This document shows positions 46,171 through 54,280 of a DNA stretch of 64,000 bases, in pieces. The notes beneath the pieces were generated by a model. The model worked only from the letters and a program-made list of their open reading frames with translations, was not told where the DNA came from and did no database searches. Origin of the DNA: Cyanobacteriota bacterium (lineage in GTDB: Bacteria > Cyanobacteriota > Cyanobacteriia > PCC-6307 > Cyanobiaceae); assembly GCA_026389265.1 (NCBI GenBank), contig JAPLIE010000174.1, positions 23,568 through 87,567 of the forward strand, read 5' to 3'. The position numbers and the translations under genes are program-made. Positions within the stretch are counted from its first letter, which is position 1, and each line of letters opens with the position of its first letter.

Positions 46171-46500
46171 TCATCGGTAGACATCTCTTCAGTGGCCAAC
46201 CTTAACAACGTCGACAACTCGCGTCTCATCATCGACGGAATAAATGACCCGATCGTTGCCTTGACGGACACGATAAAGGTTGGGTCTGCCCGCGAGCTTT
46301 TCAGACCCTGATGGGTGCGGCTGAGTGGCCAGTGATGTGACCATTTCAATCAATCGCGTCAACGTCGCCTTGTCTGATAAGCCAGGGTTTGGCTCAGCTT
46401 GCCTCTGATCAGCGTCTTTCAAATCATCAGCATCTTCGGCCAATGTCATGCGCACCGCTTCATTGACCATGGCCGATATTGAGCGATTGCATGCAGCAGC
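46171..46500 (-). pseudogene. relE: Collapsed CopG-like antitoxin / RelE toxin pair
   Basis: RSISAMVNEAVRMTLAEDADDL (antitoxin) fused in frame to ...SEKLAGRPNLYRVRQGNDRVIYSVDDETRVVDVVKVGH*RDVYR* (RelE C-half with a premature TGA at 46189-46191). Confidence 0.8.
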
Positions 46501-46606
46501 TCTCGTTCTGGGCGATCGCTACGACACATGGGGTATGGCAGGCATCAACCGCTGAACCGCTGGATGCGCTTGGAGCTGCCGTGCCGGCCTCTGGCAGCTC
46601 GGCAGC

Positions 46607-48082
46607 TCAGGGGCCCGGGTCGCTGAAGTGGCGCCGGGCCGATTCATAGAAGAACAGATCAATGCCGCGATACCCCCGCGCCTGCACCAGCTCCAGTTCC
46701 CTGCGGAGCTGGGCCGGATCCTTGGGCTGGCTCTTCAGGCCCGCCAGCAACCCGATCCGCACCGGCACCCGCTGGGCCGCCGCCGCCAGGCTGGGGTGGG
46801 CTAGCTCGCGGGCCAGGGCGGCCAGGTTGTCGCGGTAGATCTGCACCACCACCTCATCCACCAGCCCCCGCCGCACCCAGCTGCTCCAGTCGGCCAGATA
46901 GTTGCTGTAGGAAAACTCCTGGGGATTGGGCGACACCGACATCCGCACCGCTGGGCAGGCGCTGTTCATTGCTGCGCGCAGCCGCTCCAACAGAGCCGTG
47001 ACCTGCTCGGCCCGCCAGGCGATCCAGGCCGGCTGCCCGGGATCAGGGCTGGGGTTGCGGCGGCCAGCCTCGGTGGCCCGCCAGGCCGCCAGGGTGGCCG
47101 GGTCGTAGCCGAAGCGCACCGGATAGCCCAGGTGGTCGTCGAACTGGATCACCTCCAGCGGCAGCTTGGTGCAGGCATCCACAACCAGGTCTTCGAGCAG
47201 CTGCTGCACCTCGGGCAGGATCGGATTGAGCCACACCCGGTTCAGCCCCGGGCTCTCCTGCCAGAGGCTGGAGCCGCTGGCATCGCGCAGCAGCAGATCG
47301 TCGCGGCCCGCCAGCCAGGGGGCGCCAACCGGGGCCATCAGGCCGAATTCAAACCACCCCACCCGCTCCAGGCCGGCCCGACCGAGGGCCACCAGCAAAG
47401 AGGCGGTGGGCCCGGCGGCCGTGGAGGGCGGCAGCAGCGGGTCGGTGGGAATGGCGAGGCGATTGCGGGCTGGCGCCGGGGTCCAGGTCACCACGCCGGC
47501 GGTGTAGAGCGGCAGGGCCGCCCGGCGGAAGCCGTTGTGGCGCAGGAAGGCCAGGGCCCGCTGCGCCTCGGCCGGGTCGACCATCACGGCGCTATCGACC
47601 GTGGTGAGCCACACGCCGAGCGCCGGCTCCGGGTTGGACGCGCCGGGGGCGGGCAGCCCGCCGGATAGGGGGCCGGGGAGGGGGTTGGGGAAGGGATTGG
47701 GTAGGGGGCCGGCTGGCGCTCCGCTGGCTGGAGTTTGGGCGACGGGGTCGCGCACGGCTGATGGGGGGGGGATGGGGCGGGGGTTGAGGGCGGGGGGCGG
47801 TGCGGAAGGCGGTTCTGAGGGCGGTAAGGAGGCAATGGCTGCCGCTGCCGCCGGCCGGGCCGGGGCGGAGGGCGGCTGGTCGAGCCCGGGCAGGGCGATC
47901 GTGGTGCCAGCCGTGGTGCTGGGCTGGCCTGCAGCCGCCGCCGGGCCACCCCCGGCCTGCGGGGCCAGCAGGGTGAGCAACAGCAGGGAGCAGGCCAGCT
48001 CTGGAGGCAACGTCCAACGAGCCGCCCCCTCCGAGCACCGCCTGAGGCTGGAGGCCGCCGGAGCTGCTGGGGGAAGAGCCAT
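46607..48082 (-). CDS. Glycoside hydrolase family 10-like (DUF187/YddW-type) protein with Pro-rich N-terminal linker
   Basis: GVWLTTVDS...WFEFGLM...VWLNPILPEVQ...IQFDDHLGYP...DWSSWVRRGLVDEVVVQIYR; start uncertain. Confidence 0.9.
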   Translation of the reverse strand: MALPPAAPAASSLRRCSEGAARWTLPPELACSLLLLTLLAPQAGGGPAAAAGQPSTTAGTTIALPGLDQPPSAPARPAAAAAIASLPPSEPPSAPPPALNPRPIPPPSAVRDPVAQTPASGAPAGPLPNPFPNPLPGPLSGGLPAPGASNPEPALGVWLTTVDSAVMVDPAEAQRALAFLRHNGFRRAALPLYTAGVVTWTPAPARNRLAIPTDPLLPPSTAAGPTASLLVALGRAGLERVGWFEFGLMAPVGAPWLAGRDDLLLRDASGSSLWQESPGLNRVWLNPILPEVQQLLEDLVVDACTKLPLEVIQFDDHLGYPVRFGYDPATLAAWRATEAGRRNPSPDPGQPAWIAWRAEQVTALLERLRAAMNSACPAVRMSVSPNPQEFSYSNYLADWSSWVRRGLVDEVVVQIYRDNLAALARELAHPSLAAAAQRVPVRIGLLAGLKSQPKDPAQLRRELELVQARGYRGIDLFFYESARRHFSDPGP

Positions 48083-48342
48083 GGGACGGGCGCAGCTGCG
48101 GGCCAGAACGGAATCACCGCATAGATGGCAGCAGGATGGCCCATGGCGGGGTGTTCCGGCTCGCTTCAGCCGGTATCCCGCAACAGGCTGGGGACGCCAG
48201 CCAGCCCTAGGGTCCTGGCCGATCCCCAGGGTTGGGAGCGGGTGGGCACTCTCCGGATCGCGCGAACGAGCAACGCAGGGATCTCGGCGCCGATCCCCCT
48301 GAGTTGGTCGCCGCAGGCCCCCCCCTGGCCACCCCCGGGAGC

Positions 48343-48678
48343 ATGCCCCGTGTGGATGTCATGGCTTCCACGGCGGATCTGGCCGCTGATGTGGATCTCG
48401 CCAGCGATGACGATCTGGCCACCGATGCGGATCTGGGCGCCAATGCCGATCTGGCCAGCGATGCGGATCTGGCCAGCGGTACAGATCTCGCTGCGGATCT
48501 CACCCTGGAGCCCGCGAGTGGATCGAGGCGGAGCCAAACCTCAAGCGGCCCGCCGGGACGGGGTAACGGCCCCTCCGCCGGGCCGAATGGATGGCACGCC
48601 CCAGCGCCGGGCGCTTGGCCTCCTAGCAGCTGGCCTCCGAGCGACTGGCTGCCGAGCAGCTGGCCTCCGCACGGCTAG
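48343..48678 (+). CDS. Putative small acidic repeat protein (xDLAxD)n + (WPPSS)n
   Basis: The repeat variation preserves GAT-CTS (Asp-Leu) in this frame; overlaps the start of the next gene. Confidence 0.35.
   Translation: MPRVDVMASTADLAADVDLASDDDLATDADLGANADLASDADLASGTDLAADLTLEPASGSRRSQTSSGPPGRGNGPSAGPNGWHAPAPGAWPPSSWPPSDWLPSSWPPHG
48373..48501. repeat. 18-bp tandem repeat, six full units plus partials (consensus gcggatctggccagcgat)
   Basis: Read directly; invariant GATCT core. Confidence 0.9.
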
Positions 48679-50449
48679 CCGCAGGGAGAGCTGGCGGCGA
48701 GCGCGCTGGCGACGGGCGGCGGAGCGCCTTGCGGCCCTGGTCCTCGCCCTCGCCGTTCCCCTGGCCCAGACCCCCGCCGTCGCCTACGGACCGGGACCCC
48801 GCTTGCCGCTGAGCCCAACGGACCCGAGCTGCCGGCGCCAGGGCCAGCGCCACTTCGATGTGATCGTCTACGGCGACGAACCGGCCGGGGTGATGACGGC
48901 CCTGGAACTCAGCCGCCAGCTCCCCCGCCTGGCCGGCCTGCCCAGGCCCCGCATCGCCCTGCTCACCCCCTCCGACCTGCGGGCCGGTCTGGGGGGCACC
49001 ATCGCCCGCTCCGGCCTGGCCTACCTCGATCGCAACCAGGTGCCGCGCGACATGTGGGGTGTGCTGCCCCCCTTCGCTCCCTCCTCCGATCTCTACCGCC
49101 GCTTCCTGCGGCTCACCGGCGTGCAACAGATCGCCGTGGATCCCCGCCAGGCTTCGCGGGCCTTTCGGCGGGCCCTCGCTCGGGCACGGATCACCCTGCT
49201 GGCGGGAGTGGTGCCCACCGGCACCGAGCTGGAGCGTGCTGCCGCTGCTACCGGAGCAACACTTCAGGGGGCGGGGAGTGAGCGCCTCTGCGTGATCGAA
49301 ACCGCGGGCCATGGCCGCCTCGGCGCCGACCTCTTCATCGATGCGAGCCTCGGCGCCGACCTCGCGCATCGAGCCTCGGTGCCCTTCCTGCGGGGGCTGG
49401 GGCCCCGCGGACTCTCAAGGGAAAGCATCTCCCTGGGCTGGATCTTCGAGGTGGAAGGCCTCTCGATCACCCAGCTGCGCAACCTGGAGGAGCAACTCAC
49501 CCGGCGCCTGCTCGACCGCCGCGACCTCGAAGCCCAGCACTGGCTGGTGGGGTGGCCCGCCTACCGCAACAACCGCCAGCGCCTGCTGGCCGACCTGGTC
49601 GACCAGCGCGGCAATCCCCTGCTGATGTATTCAGCCACCAGCGACAGCGCCGACCAGCAGAGTCCGGCCCTGAGCATCGCCGTGCATGGCGAGCAGGGGC
49701 TCGCTCCCGGCCTGCGGCGTGCCCCGGCCCGGATGGATGCGGCCAATGTCGCGATCCTTCCCGATCGGCTCAGCTTCAACGCCCTGCTATTCCGCAACAG
49801 CGCCGCTCAGAACCGCGAGGTGATCGCCCGCCACGGCCGGCCGCTGGGCTGGATGGTGCCGGCGGCGGCGGATGTGGAGAGCTTCTTCCTGCGCCATGGC
49901 GCCCGGCGGGTGCACTGGATGCCGGAGCTCTACATCCGCTCCGCCGACCAGATCGCCCATCCCCGCATGGCCCTGAGCGCCGGCCTGATGGCCCGGGGCG
50001 GCGTGCCCCGCCCAGAGGCCCTCGGCACCTTCAGCTATCACCTCGATTTCCGCGGCGGCATCTCCGCCTACGTGCCGCCCGCCAAACCCACCTTCAACTT
50101 CGGCTACCGCCACACCCTGCCGCGGGAGCTGAGCAACCTGGCGGTGCTGGGGCCAGCCAGCGGCTTCGGTGGGCTGGGGCAAGGCGCGGGGCGGATCATC
50201 GAGCTCAACATCTCGGTGGGCCAGGGGCTGGCGATCGCCTCGGCCCTGGCCCTGGCACGCCGCCTTCCCCTGGCGGCCGTCGATCCACGCGAGGTGGCCC
50301 GGCTGATGCCGGCCGGCTTCGCCCCCTACGGCCGGCCCTCCGGCAGCACGGCCTTCAGCCTCTTCCTCGGCCGCCTGCTTTACCAGCTCGAATCCTGGTT
50401 TCCCCGCTGGCCCTGGGAACCCCGGTGGCACCGCCCCCTGGCCTCCTGA
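48587..50449 (+). CDS. FAD-dependent oxidoreductase family protein (cyanobacterial, exported type)
   Basis: FDVIVYGDEPAGVMTALE; FIDASLGADLA; HTLPRELSNLAVLGPASG. Start chosen at ATG 48587, before an Arg-rich leader and hydrophobic segment. Confidence 0.8.
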   Translation: MDGTPQRRALGLLAAGLRATGCRAAGLRTASRRESWRRARWRRAAERLAALVLALAVPLAQTPAVAYGPGPRLPLSPTDPSCRRQGQRHFDVIVYGDEPAGVMTALELSRQLPRLAGLPRPRIALLTPSDLRAGLGGTIARSGLAYLDRNQVPRDMWGVLPPFAPSSDLYRRFLRLTGVQQIAVDPRQASRAFRRALARARITLLAGVVPTGTELERAAAATGATLQGAGSERLCVIETAGHGRLGADLFIDASLGADLAHRASVPFLRGLGPRGLSRESISLGWIFEVEGLSITQLRNLEEQLTRRLLDRRDLEAQHWLVGWPAYRNNRQRLLADLVDQRGNPLLMYSATSDSADQQSPALSIAVHGEQGLAPGLRRAPARMDAANVAILPDRLSFNALLFRNSAAQNREVIARHGRPLGWMVPAAADVESFFLRHGARRVHWMPELYIRSADQIAHPRMALSAGLMARGGVPRPEALGTFSYHLDFRGGISAYVPPAKPTFNFGYRHTLPRELSNLAVLGPASGFGGLGQGAGRIIELNISVGQGLAIASALALARRLPLAAVDPREVARLMPAGFAPYGRPSGSTAFSLFLGRLLYQLESWFPRWPWEPRWHRPLAS

Positions 50450-50484
50450 ACAGACCTATCACAATCGATCGGATCTCCTCCACC

Positions 50485-51600
50485 ATGGTGCCAACCTCCG
50501 TGCCGTTGCCCGCAGCCGCCGCCATGCCCGACCTGTTCACCCCCCTGGCCCTCGGTGATCTGGAGCTGCCCAACCGGGTGATCCACGCCCCGCTCACCCG
50601 CTGCCGCGCCGACGACGACCACGTGCCCGGTCCCCTGATCGCCACCTACTACGCCCAGCGGGCCAGCGCCGGTCTGCTGATCGCCGAGGCCACGATGGTG
50701 ATGGAGGGCAACTCGTCCTTCTGGCACGAGCCTGGCATCCATTCCCAGGCCCAGGTGGAGGGGTGGCGACTCAGCACCGACGCGGTGCATGCCGCCGGCG
50801 GGCGCATCGTGCTGCAGCTCTGGCACGGCGGCCGGGCCTGCCATCCCCTGCTCAACGCCGGCCGCCAGCCGGTGGCCCCGAGTGCGATCGCGATCACAGA
50901 CGATGAAGTGCGCACCCCCGAGGGCAAACAGCCCTACGTGGTGCCCCGCGTGCTGACCGACGATGAGCTGCCGACCATCGTGGAGGGGTTCCGCCACGCC
51001 GCCCGCAACGCCACCGCCGCCGGCTTCGACGGGGTGGAGATTCATGGCGCCAACGGCTATCTGCTCGATCAGTTCCTGCGGGATGGCAGCAACCATCGCA
51101 GCGGTCCCTACGGCGGCCCGATCGAACACCGGGCCCGGCTGCTGCTGGAGGTGATCGATGCGGTTCGCCAGGAATCCCCCCTGGTGGGCCTGCGCCTCTC
51201 GCCACTGAACAGCTACAACTCCATCGCCGACAGCGATCCGATCAGCCTGATCACCTGGCTGGCCGAGCGCCTCAACGGCTGCGGGCTGGCCTACCTGCAC
51301 CTGATGCGCGGCGACTTCGCCGCTCAGCAGCATGGGGATGTGCTCACCCCCGTGCGGCAGCACTTCCAGGGACCCCTGATCGCCAACATGGGCTACACCC
51401 CCGCCGAGGCCTCCGCCGCGATCGGCGCCGGCCTGCTGGATGCGGTGGCCTTCGGGCAGGCCTTCCTCGCCAACCCCGACCTACCCGCCCGCATCGCCGC
51501 TGGAGCGCCCCTCCAGGCGGCCGATCCAGCCACCTTCTACACGCCGGGGCCCGTGGGCTACATCGACTACCCCACCCTGGCCGAGCTGCAGGCGGGCTGA
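50485..51600 (+). CDS. Alkene reductase (old yellow enzyme, NemA-like)
   Basis: LPNRVIHAPLTRCRA...YYAQRASAGLLIAEAT...GFDGVEIHGANGYLLDQFL...TFYTPGPVGYIDYP. Confidence 0.95.
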   Translation: MVPTSVPLPAAAAMPDLFTPLALGDLELPNRVIHAPLTRCRADDDHVPGPLIATYYAQRASAGLLIAEATMVMEGNSSFWHEPGIHSQAQVEGWRLSTDAVHAAGGRIVLQLWHGGRACHPLLNAGRQPVAPSAIAITDDEVRTPEGKQPYVVPRVLTDDELPTIVEGFRHAARNATAAGFDGVEIHGANGYLLDQFLRDGSNHRSGPYGGPIEHRARLLLEVIDAVRQESPLVGLRLSPLNSYNSIADSDPISLITWLAERLNGCGLAYLHLMRGDFAAQQHGDVLTPVRQHFQGPLIANMGYTPAEASAAIGAGLLDAVAFGQAFLANPDLPARIAAGAPLQAADPATFYTPGPVGYIDYPTLAELQAG

Positions 51601-51610
51601 TCGCCGCGGC

Positions 51611-54205
51611 TCAGCCGGCGGGCCCCACCGCCAGATGCTGGCGCCCCCCCAGCCGCTCCAGCCAGACCAGCACCGCCAGGGCGTGCAGCAGCACCGCGGG
51701 CCATAGGGAGCCGCTGGCCAGATAGAGCGCGGTGGTGGCCACCCCCAGCAGGGCGGTCTGCAGCAGGAAGCGGGGATCGTGGAACACCCGCTCGGCCCGG
51801 CGGTACCAGAGCCGCCCGGCCAGGGGGTGATAGAGCACAAACAGCCCAATCCCCAGGGCGCTCCAGGCCAGCAGCTGCGGCCAGGGCGTATCTTCGCCCG
51901 GGTGGGGCAATAAGGCCCCCCGGAACAGCAGCTCCTCCCCCAGGGCGGGCATCGGCAGCAGGGCGGCGGCCGCGCTCACCAGGCGCCGCGGCCGGGGCCA
52001 GGGGTGGTGTGGCTCCAGGAAACCGGAACCGAGGCCCTGGGCCAGGGCCACAGCCGCATAGAGCGCGAAGCCCAGCAGGCAGAGGCCCACCTGGCGAGCA
52101 TCCAGGGGCGCCAGCAGGCCATCAGCCAGGCGGCGCTGCAGCTCCCCCACCAGCGGCAGGCGGCCCAGCAACAAGGTGGGCGCCAGGGGTTCGTAGCGGG
52201 GACTGGCTCCGGGGATCTGGTTGGTGCGCAGGATCCACAGGGGAGCACCGCGCCGCAGGAACAGGGCCGCGAAGGCATCGTGGCCGCGGCGGGGCAGGAT
52301 CGAATGGAGGCTCAACAGAGCATCGAGGGGGCTCTGACCGCGCTGGAAGGGGCCCACAAGCGGCCCCACATGCGGCCCCACCCCGGAGCCCGGTCCGGCC
52401 CGGTCCGCCGCCCGCAGAGCGGTGGCAATCAGCTCCGCATTGCCGTGCCAATCGGGGCGCACGATGCCGAAGGGCACCAGCACCGCCTCGATGGCCCGCC
52501 CCAGGGATTCCCCGCCGACCTGGCCGGCCGAAGGGGAAGGGCCGGACAGCAGGCCCTGGCGCAGCAACTCCACCGTGGTCCAGAGGGCCTGGGCCGAATC
52601 CTGCACGCAGGAGGTGGTGGCCGTGACCGCCGCCACGCCGCGGCCATCACCGCTGCGATAGCGGGCCATCAGCACCTCGGCCTGGAGCCGCAGCGCCGCC
52701 AGCAGCTCTGGATCCTGCCGCACCAGCACATCGGAAATCGGCCGCAGCCCCAGCCAGCCCCGCTGCAGATCGCCGCTCCAGGCACTCCATTCCTGGCTGC
52801 CGGCCACGATCCCATCGGGATTGTTGGCATAGATCTGGTGGTAACGCAGGTCGAAGCGCGGCTCACCGCCAAAGGGATCGGCGATCACCTCCGCCTCGCC
52901 GAACGCGAAATGGCCCGTGACCGTGAAGCCCGGTGTGGGCTCACCGCCGGGCCCGCCGATGCCGCCGAAGGCATGGATGAGCAGGGCATGGTCGCCGATT
53001 GCCCAGGGCCGCGCCATTCGATCGGGCTCAAGGGCGGTACGGCGGAAGCTGCCGCGCCGGTTGGCCGCGGCGTTCCAGTTGCCCCGGGCGATCTGGCCGA
53101 GGCCCGCGGCGGTGCCCCGCAGCTGTCCATCGGGGCTCAACTGCACCAGAGCCTGGGGTAGCAACGCCTGCACCGTGAACAGGCCATCCGCCGCCGGTGC
53201 CCCGTAGACGGTCCATCCCTCGGCGCCGATCGGGTGGTCGAGCAGACCGGTGGTCTCGAAGAACCGCCTCCCATCCCGGTTGGGGGGCTGGCTGGGGATG
53301 CGCACCGTTTCCTGGGGCCCCCCATAGCTGTGGCTGCGGGGGTCGTAGTGCCGCACCACGAACAGATCGCCGCCGGCCCCCTCCCTCCCCGGCAGGACCT
53401 TCAGCAGCCGCACCCGGGCCATCCAGCGCCCAGTGATCTGCACCGGCGGGGTCGGGATCCGCAGCACCGGCCCCTCCCCAAGGGCCGGCTGTGGGGCGCG
53501 GAGGCCGGCGGCGGCAGCCAGCTCCACACCCTCCAGTCGCACGCTGAGGTCGTCCTCGGGGCGGGCACCGGCCAGGGACTGGAGCGGCCCGACCCGGGAG
53601 CGGCCATCGAGCCGCCAAGGCACCACGTTGCCCTGAGCCGCCAGGGAGCGGGCCTCGGCCCCGAGGTGGATGTCCGTGGTGAGCAGCCCCACCAGGGCCC
53701 GCAACCGGGGCTGATCCGCCCAGGCCAGCGGAAGCCGGCGCCCCACCAGGTGGGCAGCGGCGGCAGGCGCCTGCTCCACCTCCAGCCAGACCCAGTCCTC
53801 AGCGCTGGCGGCGGCCTCGGCCGGCTCCGGCAGGATCAGTCTGCCGATCCAGTCGGCGTGGGGCCGGTAGAAGGCGGGATCGGGGCGGCGATCCAGCGGA
53901 AAAAAGTCGGGCCGGTTGAAGGGAGCCCGCTGGACCAGGGAATAGGAGGAAACGGCGGCCCGATCCGCTCCGGGTGGCGTCGTGGAGCGCGCCAACAGGG
54001 AGCCCGGCAGCAGCATGAGCAGGGCTACCGCCAGCAGCCCCCAGGGCAGCGCGGCGCGCCAGCCGCGACGCGGCGGAACGCCCCTCGATGGGCCTGACCT
54101 CTGCCGACCCTTGGCGCGGCGGACGAGCGGAGCGGACACAGCGGGGAAGGGATCACGGGTGGACAGGGGCTCAGGCCAAGTCTGAATGACGCTCCCAGGA
54201 GCCAC
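51611..54205 (-). CDS. Large cyanobacterial protein with C-terminal CPBP (CAAX protease-like) domain
   Basis: C-terminal PALGEELLFRG...LFVLYHP...SLWPAVLLH; long soluble N-terminal region (GHFAFG, TSCVQDSAQAL). Confidence 0.85.
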   Translation of the reverse strand: MAPGSVIQTWPEPLSTRDPFPAVSAPLVRRAKGRQRSGPSRGVPPRRGWRAALPWGLLAVALLMLLPGSLLARSTTPPGADRAAVSSYSLVQRAPFNRPDFFPLDRRPDPAFYRPHADWIGRLILPEPAEAAASAEDWVWLEVEQAPAAAAHLVGRRLPLAWADQPRLRALVGLLTTDIHLGAEARSLAAQGNVVPWRLDGRSRVGPLQSLAGARPEDDLSVRLEGVELAAAAGLRAPQPALGEGPVLRIPTPPVQITGRWMARVRLLKVLPGREGAGGDLFVVRHYDPRSHSYGGPQETVRIPSQPPNRDGRRFFETTGLLDHPIGAEGWTVYGAPAADGLFTVQALLPQALVQLSPDGQLRGTAAGLGQIARGNWNAAANRRGSFRRTALEPDRMARPWAIGDHALLIHAFGGIGGPGGEPTPGFTVTGHFAFGEAEVIADPFGGEPRFDLRYHQIYANNPDGIVAGSQEWSAWSGDLQRGWLGLRPISDVLVRQDPELLAALRLQAEVLMARYRSGDGRGVAAVTATTSCVQDSAQALWTTVELLRQGLLSGPSPSAGQVGGESLGRAIEAVLVPFGIVRPDWHGNAELIATALRAADRAGPGSGVGPHVGPLVGPFQRGQSPLDALLSLHSILPRRGHDAFAALFLRRGAPLWILRTNQIPGASPRYEPLAPTLLLGRLPLVGELQRRLADGLLAPLDARQVGLCLLGFALYAAVALAQGLGSGFLEPHHPWPRPRRLVSAAAALLPMPALGEELLFRGALLPHPGEDTPWPQLLAWSALGIGLFVLYHPLAGRLWYRRAERVFHDPRFLLQTALLGVATTALYLASGSLWPAVLLHALAVLVWLERLGGRQHLAVGPAG

Positions 54206-54280
54206 GACAAGAGCCGAGAGTCAAGATCGCAACAAGCGCTAATCTGTTGATGTGTTTCTTGTCGGCACGAAAAACTGTCG

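Noticed and set aside
25840-46520. Idea that HIP1/GATC sites define the deletion junctions
   Set aside because: GATC or GCGATCG lies near some junctions (~25845, ~31466, ~42248, ~46512) but not others (43210, 44320, ~46385). The motif is frequent in this genome type, and enrichment cannot be shown without a computed control.
48373-48501. Possible CRISPR-like array
   Set aside because: Head-to-tail 18-bp units with no spacers and no cas genes; an ordinary tandem repeat.
48125-48586. N-terminal extension of the FAD oxidoreductase given by the track (likewise 49552-50484 for the alkene reductase and 38203-38379 for the membrane protein)
   Set aside because: Off-frame readings of repeats or neighbouring genes; downstream ATGs fit the families better.
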